The position numbers and the translations under genes were made by a program. The notes below the pieces were generated by a model, which was not told the origin of the DNA, did not search any database, and saw nothing but the letters and a program-made list of their open reading frames with translations. Shown one piece after another: positions 18,435 to 28,107 of a DNA stretch of 64,000 nt; position 1 is the first letter of the stretch; each line of letters opens with the position of its first letter. Origin of the DNA: a virus; the IMG/VR virus record IMGVR_UViG_3300022752_000035, positions 1-64,000 of that record, one strand, 5' to 3'.

Positions 18435-19250
18435 ATGCCAATACCACAACCAAAAGATAACGAAAAACAAAATGATTATATGGGCCGTTGCATGCATAAA
18501 CTAGCTAATGATAAGATGCCAAATAAACAAAAAGTCGCAATTTGTTTAAATACTTATAGTAATCCTAAAAAGAAAAGCAAAGCAGCAGATAGAAATGGTA
18601 TTGAAATTGATTTTTCAGATAAAATTAAAGAAATTAAAGATAAAAAAGCACAAATAGAAGCAGAAAAACAAATGAAAACAGAACCAGTAATTGAACAAAA
18701 AATTGAAACTCCAGCTCCTGTAGCTGAAATTAAAGTAGAAGCTCCAGTTACTGAACCAACTAATACAGCAGTTACTGCACCAGCTGAAATTGTCAACGAA
18801 GTTAAAACTGAACAAGTCGTAGCAGAAGAAGCAAAAATTGAAGAAACTAAAGTTTCAGAAATTAAAGCAGAAGTAGATGGTAAAGGAGAATTAATCCAAA
18901 CTACATTTCTTCAAATGCAACACCAATATAAAATATTGCATTGGCAAACAACTTCATTTTCTCAACATAAATCATTTGATGAAATAGTAGGAAGTCTTGC
19001 TGAAAATATTGATGAATTTATTGAAACTTATATGGGTAAATATGGTCGAATAATTGCAGCTGGAACCTTTAATCTTTCTCTTGCTAATTATAAAGACGCA
19101 GACTTTATAGTTCTTACGGATAAGTATATTGGATTTTTGATTGGATTGAATGATATGTTAGACAAAGCTCAAGATTCAGATCTATTAAATATTAGAGATG
19201 AAATTCTTGGTTCATTAAATCAATTAAAATATCTTTTAACATTAGTTTAA
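18435..19250 (+). CDS. Ferritin/Dps-like four-helix protein (DUF5856-like) with N-terminal extension
   Basis: ILHWQTTSFSQHKSFD...IDEFIETYMGKYGR...LLNIRDEILGSLNQLKYLLTL; N-terminal MPIPQP...RC...AIC module and E/P/A linker. Confidence 0.75.
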   Translation: MPIPQPKDNEKQNDYMGRCMHKLANDKMPNKQKVAICLNTYSNPKKKSKAADRNGIEIDFSDKIKEIKDKKAQIEAEKQMKTEPVIEQKIETPAPVAEIKVEAPVTEPTNTAVTAPAEIVNEVKTEQVVAEEAKIEETKVSEIKAEVDGKGELIQTTFLQMQHQYKILHWQTTSFSQHKSFDEIVGSLAENIDEFIETYMGKYGRIIAAGTFNLSLANYKDADFIVLTDKYIGFLIGLNDMLDKAQDSDLLNIRDEILGSLNQLKYLLTLV

Positions 19251-19254
19251 TATA

Positions 19255-19548
19255 ATGAGAAAAACATATACATTTGAGATTGATTTAACTCAAACCGAAG
19301 CTTATCAAAAAACTTATAAAGGCTCAAAAAGGAGCGAATTAAAAGACAGCGATTTTCTTTTTCCAGAAGATCGTTCTTTTCCAATTGTTACCACACAAGA
19401 TGTTCGTGATGCTATAAATAATTTTGGCCGTATGAAAAAAAGCATGAATTATGAAGCTTTTATTCATAAACTTTGGCAAAAAGCAAAATCCAAAGGCTTA
19501 CAATCTGGTATTCCTGAGAGCACAAGAGAAAAATATAATCTTAAATAA
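19255..19548 (+). CDS. Small basic phage protein (DUF6582-like)
   Basis: RSELKDSDFLFPEDRSFPI...DVRDAINNFGR. Confidence 0.55.
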   Translation: MRKTYTFEIDLTQTEAYQKTYKGSKRSELKDSDFLFPEDRSFPIVTTQDVRDAINNFGRMKKSMNYEAFIHKLWQKAKSKGLQSGIPESTREKYNLK

Positions 19549-19589
19549 TTAATTTGATTTTTATTAAATCTATTATATAATTATATATA

Positions 19590-19886
19590 GTGAAAATTTC
19601 TTTATATGAGGTGCTAGAAGATGCTAATGGAGAATTTTTACATAAAATTACCATAGAGAAATTAGAAGATTCTATAGCCAAAAAATGGGTAATTTTTGAT
19701 CCTTTTGAAAAAATACATATATCTTCTCAAATAAAAGAAATGGTTATTTTAAAATATAAAGAATTACAAGAAAAACTAGAGAACACAGAAAATAAAAATG
19801 ACATCTTATTAGAAGCGATAGCATTAATAGAGCCAAAAGAAGCTGTTAAAGAATCTCAAGATCATTGTTTCTTTGAAAAATTATGA
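19590..19886 (+). CDS. Hypothetical protein
   Basis: 98 aa ORF after TTGATT-N16-TATAAT. Confidence 0.55.
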   Translation: MKISLYEVLEDANGEFLHKITIEKLEDSIAKKWVIFDPFEKIHISSQIKEMVILKYKELQEKLENTENKNDILLEAIALIEPKEAVKESQDHCFFEKL

Positions 19887-20452
19887 ATCCAGTTAGAACT
19901 AACGTGCTTCATTTAGAAAAATTAGATTTATTTATAACTTCGACGACTTTCCAAAAAGGCCAATCAATTGATTTTAAATTTTTATCTTTAATACCAAATG
20001 AAGATAATTATTTTTATAAAAATATTTTATTTCAAGGCTCATTTAAATGTTCATATCCAGGGAAAACAGAAGAATTTGATATATTAAATGCTGGAGATAT
20101 TGGACCATTGTCTTCAAAAGAAGGCCTAAAATTACCACAAGTTTTGAACGATTTAATTTCAAATGAAAAAGGCGTATTAGATATGAGAGTTGTTTCTCAA
20201 AATGATGATGCAATTTATTATTGCATTAAAGCTAGAGAAGATAAAAAAGTAGTGGATGATATTCATTATCTAAGTCTAAATGAATCTATAACGATACCAA
20301 ATTTAAGATTCTTTTTTGTTTTTGGAAAAAATTATTCAATAGATGAAAATCCAAAAAATAAAAATGGAGTTTTTTTATCGGAAACTAAAGATATTTTAGT
20401 AAAAGCGATAGAACCATGTAAAATTGTTTCTTTTTATTCAACGCCTAGATAA
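19883..20452 (+). CDS. Hypothetical beta-rich protein
   Basis: 189 aa ORF with ATGA overlap. Confidence 0.6.
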   Translation: MNPVRTNVLHLEKLDLFITSTTFQKGQSIDFKFLSLIPNEDNYFYKNILFQGSFKCSYPGKTEEFDILNAGDIGPLSSKEGLKLPQVLNDLISNEKGVLDMRVVSQNDDAIYYCIKAREDKKVVDDIHYLSLNESITIPNLRFFFVFGKNYSIDENPKNKNGVFLSETKDILVKAIEPCKIVSFYSTPR

Positions 20453-20463
20453 TCGCTTTACAA

Positions 20464-21387
20464 ATGAATATTGGGATTAGGCTTGAAGGTGGCTTAGGAG
20501 ATCATTTATTAGGAAATAGATTTCTTCATGCTATAAAAGATAAATATCCGAATAGTAATTTATATATATATTCTGATACAGAAAATAATAGCAACTCTTT
20601 AAATATATTAAGATCTCTTTATCCAAGTATTTATAAATATGATACTTCCGAAGTAATAAAATTTAGAAAAGATAAAAATTATAAAATACATACAAAATTT
20701 GGAGAAGAAACTTATCCAGCCGATATCAGTAACCTTCCAGATGAAATTACTGAAAAAATTAAAACATATGATAGATTTTATGATCTTCATATAGATGGAT
20801 TAAAATGGTTAAATTATGATTTTGATTGGTTTAGATACTACTATTTCTTTCCAAAACCAGAAATAAACATAAATAAAAAATACAATGAAAAGTATATAAT
20901 GGCACATTTTTATTCTAGGCCAGACTCACCATATAATTTAGATCAAACATATATAATTGATTTATTAACTGAATTAAGTAAATATATTAAAATAGTAGTT
21001 TTAACTCTAGAAGAGCACAAAGATTATTATAAAAACCTATTTAATAATCAAAATATTATTATAGATACAGCTTCAAATTTATTAGAAGTTTTTCAAATTG
21101 CTAGTGGATGTGAACTATTTATAGGTATTGATAGTGGAATTAGATATATACCATATCATTTTAGTAAACCAACATTTGTTTTTTCTAAATATTGCTCAAA
21201 GTACGGATCAGTAGCGCCATCGCATTTAATTAGATGGTTAATATTTGAAAAAAATGTATTTCCAATTAATTTTAATATTGAGATTGTAACCGCAATCATT
21301 AGTAATATCTTAAATAATCCAGCGAGCCAATTATTTCCAGAGTATGTTAACGGCATAGATTCTGCAATAGTTAATAGGTTTTTATAA
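20464..21387 (+). CDS. GT9-like (heptosyltransferase-type GT-B) glycosyltransferase
   Basis: EGGLGDHLL...IKDKYP and FIGIDSG motifs. Confidence 0.75.
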   Translation: MNIGIRLEGGLGDHLLGNRFLHAIKDKYPNSNLYIYSDTENNSNSLNILRSLYPSIYKYDTSEVIKFRKDKNYKIHTKFGEETYPADISNLPDEITEKIKTYDRFYDLHIDGLKWLNYDFDWFRYYYFFPKPEININKKYNEKYIMAHFYSRPDSPYNLDQTYIIDLLTELSKYIKIVVLTLEEHKDYYKNLFNNQNIIIDTASNLLEVFQIASGCELFIGIDSGIRYIPYHFSKPTFVFSKYCSKYGSVAPSHLIRWLIFEKNVFPINFNIEIVTAIISNILNNPASQLFPEYVNGIDSAIVNRFL

Positions 21388-21388
21388 A

Positions 21389-22138
21389 ATGATAGATATA
21401 AATAAAAAATATGGAATCAGAGATTATGATTCTGGAATTGGAGATGCAGTAATAAAAAGCTCATTCCCAGAAAATTTTTTCATGAATTATAATCAAAAGC
21501 TAATAGATATTGAAAGAAAATGGATTTTTGATTATAACCCATATGTAGAAAGAGATAAAGATCCCGATATCGTTTTACCTTTCTTAGAAAGGCAAAGAGA
21601 AATAATCAATAAAAATGAAAGAAAATCTCATCTTTCTCACGCAGAAGAATATTGTTTTAATTTTGACTTACCAAAATGTTTTTTAAGAAGACCAAGACTA
21701 TATAAATACGAAGATTTAGAAACAGACAAAAATCAAGTAGTTGTCCATACATTCGGTAAAACTGTTGGGCCAATGAAAGAATATATAAGAAAACAGATAA
21801 CAAAAAATTATCAAAATTATAAATTAATACAAATTGGAATGCCATATGATCCAATTATTGAAGGAGCAGAAGATGCTAGAGGTCTAAGCGTATGGGATTC
21901 AATTAAAATCATAGCATCCAGTTCTATTTTTATAGGGGTTAATAGTGGTTTTCATCATATATCTAAAGCGTATCCAAAAGTTAGATCTAAACTTATTTTA
22001 GAAGTACCACAAGATAGACTTTTGAATTTTAGACCTATGGATCTCAAAAATAACTTTGAGTGGTTTGAATTTGGAGTTGAATATTATAATGATACTGAAT
22101 ATGATATAGGTATAACAGATGCTTATTTAAAAATATGA
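21389..22138 (+). CDS. GT9-like glycosyltransferase
   Basis: GIGDAV, LIQIG, FIGVNSGFHHIS motifs. Confidence 0.7.
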   Translation: MIDINKKYGIRDYDSGIGDAVIKSSFPENFFMNYNQKLIDIERKWIFDYNPYVERDKDPDIVLPFLERQREIINKNERKSHLSHAEEYCFNFDLPKCFLRRPRLYKYEDLETDKNQVVVHTFGKTVGPMKEYIRKQITKNYQNYKLIQIGMPYDPIIEGAEDARGLSVWDSIKIIASSSIFIGVNSGFHHISKAYPKVRSKLILEVPQDRLLNFRPMDLKNNFEWFEFGVEYYNDTEYDIGITDAYLKI

Positions 22139-22728
22139 ATAAATTTATTAATTACGATAATCTATTTGATACCTTCCTAAAGTCAGGACAAGAAAGATTT
22201 TATACATTCAAAATTGCAATGAACTATTATTTAGAGAATAATGGTAAAATTATAGTAGAAACTGGTACTCAAAGACAAGTAGATGATTGGGGCGCGGGAT
22301 GTTCAACAAGTGCTTTAGGAAAATTCATGTCTGAATTTTCTCCAGAAAGTCATCTTTATTCTGTAGATATATCTAGTTTAAATCTAAAAATTTCTAAAGA
22401 GTTATGCTGTCAAAATTATCAGTCTTACATAAGCTGGCATGAACAAGACTCTATAACTTTTTTAAAAAACTTTAATAATAAAATAGATTTTCTATATTTA
22501 GATAGTTACGATTGGTTTGAACATGAGCCTCAATTAACAGAATGTCAAACTCATCAATTAAATGAAATGAAGGCCGCAATAGATAAAATGAATACAAAAT
22601 CTGTCATTTTACTTGATGATAATGATTTACCTGGAGGAGGCAAAACAAAATTAACCAAAGATTATTTAAGTAAAAATGATTGGATTTGTTTGCTTGATTT
22701 AAAACAGAGCGTTTGGATTAGAAAATAA
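22135..22728 (+). CDS. Class I SAM-dependent methyltransferase (Methyltransf_24-like)
   Basis: IVETGT, YSVDI, DSITFL, IDFLYLDS, ILLDD. Confidence 0.8.
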   Translation: MNKFINYDNLFDTFLKSGQERFYTFKIAMNYYLENNGKIIVETGTQRQVDDWGAGCSTSALGKFMSEFSPESHLYSVDISSLNLKISKELCCQNYQSYISWHEQDSITFLKNFNNKIDFLYLDSYDWFEHEPQLTECQTHQLNEMKAAIDKMNTKSVILLDDNDLPGGGKTKLTKDYLSKNDWICLLDLKQSVWIRK

Positions 22729-23529
22729 ATGCTATACAATTGTATACCATTTTATAATGAATTAGATTTATTAGATGTAAGATTGCACACAATGCACTCT
22801 TACGTTGATAAATTTATCATTGCAGAAATGGACACTACTCATTCTGGTAAAGAAAAACCATTTTATTTTGAACAGGCAAAGGAAAGATTTAAAGAGTTTG
22901 AATCTAAAATTATACATCTTAAAGTCCAAAGCCCAAGATCTGAGCATGCATGGACAAATGAAAACTATCAAAGAGACATAATCAAAAAATGGTTAGAAGA
23001 GAACGCGAATGATAATGATTTAGTTATAGTTCAAGATGCTGATGAGATTTTAAACGAAACTTTTATAGATAAAATAAAAGACATAGACTTATCTATACCA
23101 TATATTACTGAATTAGATTTTTATAGATATTATATCAATGCAGAAATTTTATCAGACAATAAAACATGGTCAAGTGGTCCTATAGTAAAATATAATTTTT
23201 TGAAAAATAATCCAAATATATCTCTAACAGGATTGAGAGATTTACATCCAGCTCTTAGACATCATAATAAAATCATCAAAAATTGTGGATGGCATTTTAC
23301 TTTTTTAGGAGGAGCAGAAGCAATAGCAGAAAAGATTAAAGCATATGCACATCAAGAAAGCAATAACGATTTTATAACAAATATAAATAGGTTAAAAGAT
23401 GCTTTAGATAATTGTCAAGATGCATGCAACCCAAATGGACCACCATTCAAGAAAATCGAATTAACAGAACAAAAATTCCCAAAATATATTGTAAACAATA
23501 AACAAAAATATATAAAATATATATTGTAA
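22729..23529 (+). CDS. GT17-like beta-1,4-N-acetylglucosaminyltransferase
   Basis: FYNELDLLDVR, THSGKEK, ENYQRD, DADEI, GWHFTFLG. Confidence 0.85.
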   Translation: MLYNCIPFYNELDLLDVRLHTMHSYVDKFIIAEMDTTHSGKEKPFYFEQAKERFKEFESKIIHLKVQSPRSEHAWTNENYQRDIIKKWLEENANDNDLVIVQDADEILNETFIDKIKDIDLSIPYITELDFYRYYINAEILSDNKTWSSGPIVKYNFLKNNPNISLTGLRDLHPALRHHNKIIKNCGWHFTFLGGAEAIAEKIKAYAHQESNNDFITNINRLKDALDNCQDACNPNGPPFKKIELTEQKFPKYIVNNKQKYIKYIL

Positions 23530-23530
23530 A

Positions 23531-24175
23531 ATGAATTTAACAAAAAAATATAATTTAAAAATTGAAATTGATCAAGGGAATGTTGTACATAATATTAATG
23601 ATTTTTTTCAAGATTATGGAGAAAATTTATTAATAGAAAATTTTGAAAAAATTTGTTTAAAAATTAAAAATGAAAAATCAAAGGCATCTATGATAGAGTT
23701 AGGCGCAAATTGGGCTTACTATTCTCTTTTATTTAAAGCTATAATTGGAAAAGATAGTACATTTAATATTATGTTGGAAGTGGATCCAAAAGCTTTTGTA
23801 AGAGGAGTTCATAATTTTAAAATAAATGAATTTGAAGGCGTTTTTTTGAATAAATTAATAGGAAATGAAGCTTATAGGATGCCGCATTTAAAAGATATTC
23901 CATGTGTTTCATTAGACCAGATCTTTAAAGAATACGATTTAAATGATTTAGATATATTGCATTCAGATATAGATGGATCAGAGCTCGATATGTTAATTCA
24001 AAATGAGAATATTTTTAAAAATAAAAAAATTAAATATATATTTATGCTTACTCATTCACAAGAACTTCATGAAAAATGCTTTAATTTTTTAAATAATTTA
24101 CAATATAATTGTATTTTAAATCATAATCATTTTAATGTTGGAGGACAGGATGCACTTCTTATCTTTGAATCCTAA
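23531..24175 (+). CDS. FkbM-like methyltransferase
   Basis: MIELGANWAYYS, SLDQI, LDILHSDIDGSE, LTHS. Confidence 0.75.
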   Translation: MNLTKKYNLKIEIDQGNVVHNINDFFQDYGENLLIENFEKICLKIKNEKSKASMIELGANWAYYSLLFKAIIGKDSTFNIMLEVDPKAFVRGVHNFKINEFEGVFLNKLIGNEAYRMPHLKDIPCVSLDQIFKEYDLNDLDILHSDIDGSELDMLIQNENIFKNKKIKYIFMLTHSQELHEKCFNFLNNLQYNCILNHNHFNVGGQDALLIFES

Positions 24176-24915
24176 TGAAAATAGCAATTTGCATATCTGG
24201 TTTGCCAAGATCATTTAAAAGAAGTTATCCTTTATTAGATAAAGTTTTTCTATCAAAATATAATTGCAATATATTTATTTCTACTTGGGATTGGCAAGTC
24301 AAAGAAATTCAAAAAAAACAAGAAACTAAAGATCAATTTGGTAAATCTATACCTATTACTGGAACTCATTGGTGGCCACAAGATGGAGACGCTAATGAAT
24401 TTATAAATATTTTTAAACCAAACAGATCAGAAATAGAAATTTTTAATGATTCTACATTAGAGTCTAAATTTAACTATTCTAATTATCAACAGCATGGAAT
24501 TAATAATAGTTTCCTGCCTATGTTCTATAAAGTTTGGAGAGCCAACGAATTAAGACTGTCTTATGAGAAAGAGCATAATATAAAATATGATCTAGTGTTA
24601 AGAACTAGAGGAGATATATCATATAATGGAATTTTATCTGATTATGAGATCAAAAACGCTTTATCGGGTTATGGATTTTGCAGGACGTCGTATCAAAACC
24701 CAGATACTCGACCTGGAGAACCAGAGCATATAAGCGACATTTATTTTTTATCAAATCCAGAAAAGGCTAATTTATATGCAAATTTTTGGTTATATCATAA
24801 ACAAGTATTAGAAAATACAAAATCATTTATTGCTGAAATAAATTTAGAAGCTTATCTTCACGCTGTAGGAGTTAAATGGGTAGCAACAGGACTTGATATA
24901 GATGTATTAAGATGA
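24175..24915 (+). CDS. Putative glycosyltransferase (GT-A-like)
   Basis: MKIAICISGLPR, FISTW, KYDLVLRTRGD motifs typical of polysaccharide-locus proteins. Confidence 0.65.
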   Translation: MKIAICISGLPRSFKRSYPLLDKVFLSKYNCNIFISTWDWQVKEIQKKQETKDQFGKSIPITGTHWWPQDGDANEFINIFKPNRSEIEIFNDSTLESKFNYSNYQQHGINNSFLPMFYKVWRANELRLSYEKEHNIKYDLVLRTRGDISYNGILSDYEIKNALSGYGFCRTSYQNPDTRPGEPEHISDIYFLSNPEKANLYANFWLYHKQVLENTKSFIAEINLEAYLHAVGVKWVATGLDIDVLR

Positions 24916-25634
24916 AAATAAATATAGTAATACCTATGGCTGGACTAGGAAAGAGATTTGAAAAAACTCATCCCAATACTCCTAAACCATTTATTGATAT
25001 AAAAAATGAATTAATGTTATCAAGAGTTATTGATAATTTAAAAAATGATATAGTACAATTTATTTTTATATCTCAAAATACTCTTTTTGAAGATGTAAGA
25101 TTTAAACAAATAGTCACCAATCATAAAATTAATTATAAAACAGTAATCGCACCAGAAAAAACAGATGGACCAGCATGTTCTTGTCTTTTAGCTAAAGATA
25201 TTATTAACAATGATGATTCGCTGATCATAATTAATTGTGATCAAATAATATTAGACTTTAATTTAAGTAACTTATTAAATTTTGTTAAATATAATAATGC
25301 CGATGGAGTTCTAGGAGCATTTCATTCTACATCATCTAAGAATAGTTACATAAAATTAGGAGATGATTTAAGAATACAAGATATCAAAGAAAAGATAGTT
25401 ATTAGCAACATCGCTACAAATGGTTTACATTTTTGGAAGTATGGTAAATTTTTTATACAATCTGCAGAAAAAATGATTAATTTAAATGATAAATATAGTA
25501 ATGAATTCTATGTTGCTCCAAGTTATAATTATCTAATAAAAGAGGGCAAAACTATATTACCTTACTATTATAATCTTCATTATCCAATAGGAATACCAGA
25601 AGATTTAGAATATTTTACTAAAAATATAATATGA
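24912..25634 (+). CDS. Sugar/polyol-phosphate nucleotidyltransferase (NTP_transferase family)
   Basis: IVIPMAGLGKRF...PKPFI, TDGPACS, INCDQ, IKEK, EFYVAPSYN, GIPEDL. Confidence 0.85.
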   Translation: MKINIVIPMAGLGKRFEKTHPNTPKPFIDIKNELMLSRVIDNLKNDIVQFIFISQNTLFEDVRFKQIVTNHKINYKTVIAPEKTDGPACSCLLAKDIINNDDSLIIINCDQIILDFNLSNLLNFVKYNNADGVLGAFHSTSSKNSYIKLGDDLRIQDIKEKIVISNIATNGLHFWKYGKFFIQSAEKMINLNDKYSNEFYVAPSYNYLIKEGKTILPYYYNLHYPIGIPEDLEYFTKNII

Positions 25635-26590
25635 ACATATTATTTATAGGTAACAATGCTGTTTTGCCAGATTATTTACATGATTCTGTTTTTCATGGAT
25701 TAAGAGAAGTTTATGGAGCGTCGGTAGTAGATGCAAATAAATTATGGTATTTATATGAAGATTGCAACTTGTTTGATGAAAAAAATTTTGAAACCATTAG
25801 AAAACCTTTACATGGATGGGGATATACATATGGCGGAAATTTAAAAGATTTAAATATTGATAGAGTAGATATATATTCTAAAATTAAAAATAAATACTTT
25901 GATTTAGTTATTTTTGGCATTTGTAGAAATGACCCTAAAGATTCTAGCAAAGCTATTTATGAAAGAGATGATTTATTAAATAAATGCCTGCAAATTTACC
26001 CATCAAACAAATTAATATTTTTAGATGGAAGTGACGGTCAAGATATCAAAAGAGAAGATCTATTAAATAAAGGTTTTTATTTTAAAAGAGAAAATATAGG
26101 AATAGGTTATCCTATTTGGTTTGCAATCCCTAAACAAAAATTTAATTTTAATTATGAAAAAATAAAACTATTTTCTAATAATATTCCAGCTCATAACAGA
26201 AAAAATTATACTCATTTTACAGAAAAATCTTACTATTCAGACTATGGTCAAAGTTTTTTTGCTATAACCTGTAAAAAAGGTGGATGGGATTGCATGAGGC
26301 ACTATGAAATAATGTCTCAAGGAACATTACCATATTTTGTAGATATTGATAAATCTCCTATACAAACAATGCCACTTATAAATCGTAAATTTTGCCAAGA
26401 AACAAAAACTTTAATTGATATAAAATATGATCTTTGGCAACAAATTGATTTACAAATACTAAGTGAGATTAAAGATATGAATAAGTATGAATATTTAAGA
26501 AATTTAATGATAAGTCAAGTTAAAGAACTATATAATACAGAAACATTGGCGAAATACATTATAGATACAGTAAATCATGAAAATAGATAA
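25631..26590 (+). CDS. Putative GT-B glycosyltransferase
   Basis: DYLHDSVFHGLR, IFLDGSD, FYFKRE, KKGGWDCMRHYEI. Confidence 0.65.
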   Translation: MNILFIGNNAVLPDYLHDSVFHGLREVYGASVVDANKLWYLYEDCNLFDEKNFETIRKPLHGWGYTYGGNLKDLNIDRVDIYSKIKNKYFDLVIFGICRNDPKDSSKAIYERDDLLNKCLQIYPSNKLIFLDGSDGQDIKREDLLNKGFYFKRENIGIGYPIWFAIPKQKFNFNYEKIKLFSNNIPAHNRKNYTHFTEKSYYSDYGQSFFAITCKKGGWDCMRHYEIMSQGTLPYFVDIDKSPIQTMPLINRKFCQETKTLIDIKYDLWQQIDLQILSEIKDMNKYEYLRNLMISQVKELYNTETLAKYIIDTVNHENR

Positions 26591-26903
26591 TATTAAAAAT
26601 TATAAAGGAGGTTGGTTTATAGGTGATTTTAAACCTACCACATTTAAAACTAAAGAATTTGAAATATGTTATAAAAAACATAAAAAAAATGAAATATGGC
26701 CAAAACATTATCATAAAGTGGCTACAGAATATAATTATTTAATATCTGGTAAAATGAAAATTCAAAATAAAATTTTAAAAAAAGGTAATATATTCATATT
26801 ATATCCTAATGAGGTTGCTGATCCAATTTTCCTGGAAGATTGTGAGCTTATAGTAATTAAAACTCCATCTATCAAAAAAGATAAATACAATGTTAAACTA
26901 TAA
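26577..26903 (+). CDS. Cupin (RmlC-like) protein
   Basis: GGWFIGDFKP, HYHKVATEYN metal motif, GNIFILYP, VIKTPS. Confidence 0.8.
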   Translation: MKIDNIKNYKGGWFIGDFKPTTFKTKEFEICYKKHKKNEIWPKHYHKVATEYNYLISGKMKIQNKILKKGNIFILYPNEVADPIFLEDCELIVIKTPSIKKDKYNVKL

Positions 26904-28107
26904 TATATTTAAAACAGACGACCAATTAGATAAAGATTTTTTTAATAGATATTATATTGTATCTTATGATTTAGAATCAAAAACTAATCTTCGAGATGCA
27001 GCTTGGAATCTTGCTATAGGTCAATCTATTGGAAATCCAAGTGCAAGATCAGAGTTTGAAACACAAGATATGATAGACAATCATTGTGCTATAGTATTAG
27101 CAGACGAAAAAGAGCTTCTTAATAAGAATAAAGGTAATGTAAAATTTGCTTTTCCACAAGCTAATATAAATTTTGAAACAGATGGAATTAGTCAGCTACT
27201 AGTTCAAATCATGGGCGGACAATGTGATATAGATATTATTTATCGTTGTTTTATAACAGATTTACAATTGACTAAAAGCATGGAATGTTTATTAAAAGGA
27301 CCAAAAATAGGATTAAAACAAATAAAGGAATATTGCAATATAAGTGATGATAAACCAATATTTGGAGGAATTGTAAAACCAAAAATAGGATTATCTCCTC
27401 AAAAAAATCTTGATTTAGTGAAACAAATGATTGATGGAGGATGCAATTTTATTAAAGAAGATGAAATTCTTTCTGACCCAGAGCATTGTCCAATTCATAA
27501 AAGAGTTCCATTGGTTATGGATTATTTAAGAAGCACTGGATCAAAAGTCTTTTATGCTGTATCTATACACGCAGACCATTCTCAAATTTTAAAAAGAGTC
27601 AAACAAGTTTATGAATTAGGTGGAAATGGTGTTCATATTAATTTTCATTGTGGATTAGGAGCATATAAAAGTGTCAGAGAATTAAATTTACCTATTTTAA
27701 TACATTTTCAAAAAAGTGGTGATAAAATTTTAAATTGTTTAGATCATAGATATGGAATTGATCAAAATGTTATATTTAAGCTTGTAGCTCAAAGTGGTTG
27801 TTCTACATTACATGCTGGTATGATTGGTGGTTACATGGATAATGAAACCGTAGAAGTTAAAAAAACAATAAAGATTTTAAATGATGTTAATGCTGTACCA
27901 GCTCTTAGTTGCGGTATGCATCCTGGACTAATTGATTATATTATGAATCAAGTTGGACATGGAAATTGGATGGCAAATGTTGGTGGAGCATTATCTTCGC
28001 ACCCTATGGGCACATTAGCTGGAACAAAAGCTATGCGCCAATCTATAGACAGGAATTATGAGATAGAATATAAAAAAGCTATAGAAAAATGGGGATATAA
28101 AAAATGA
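26890..28107 (+). CDS. RuBisCO-like protein (form IV / RLP)
   Basis: GGIVKPKIGLS, GGCNFIKEDE, LHAG, PALSCGMHPG, VGGALSSHPMG. The H294 and loop-6 K334 positions appear to be Q and Y. Confidence 0.92.
   Translation: MLNYNIFKTDDQLDKDFFNRYYIVSYDLESKTNLRDAAWNLAIGQSIGNPSARSEFETQDMIDNHCAIVLADEKELLNKNKGNVKFAFPQANINFETDGISQLLVQIMGGQCDIDIIYRCFITDLQLTKSMECLLKGPKIGLKQIKEYCNISDDKPIFGGIVKPKIGLSPQKNLDLVKQMIDGGCNFIKEDEILSDPEHCPIHKRVPLVMDYLRSTGSKVFYAVSIHADHSQILKRVKQVYELGGNGVHINFHCGLGAYKSVRELNLPILIHFQKSGDKILNCLDHRYGIDQNVIFKLVAQSGCSTLHAGMIGGYMDNETVEVKKTIKILNDVNAVPALSCGMHPGLIDYIMNQVGHGNWMANVGGALSSHPMGTLAGTKAMRQSIDRNYEIEYKKAIEKWGYKK

Noticed and set aside
26890-28107. True CO2-fixing RuBisCO as an auxiliary metabolic gene
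   Set aside because: Carboxylase residues E60, N123, H294 and K334 appear substituted; no small subunit or phosphoribulokinase; context is a glycan locus.
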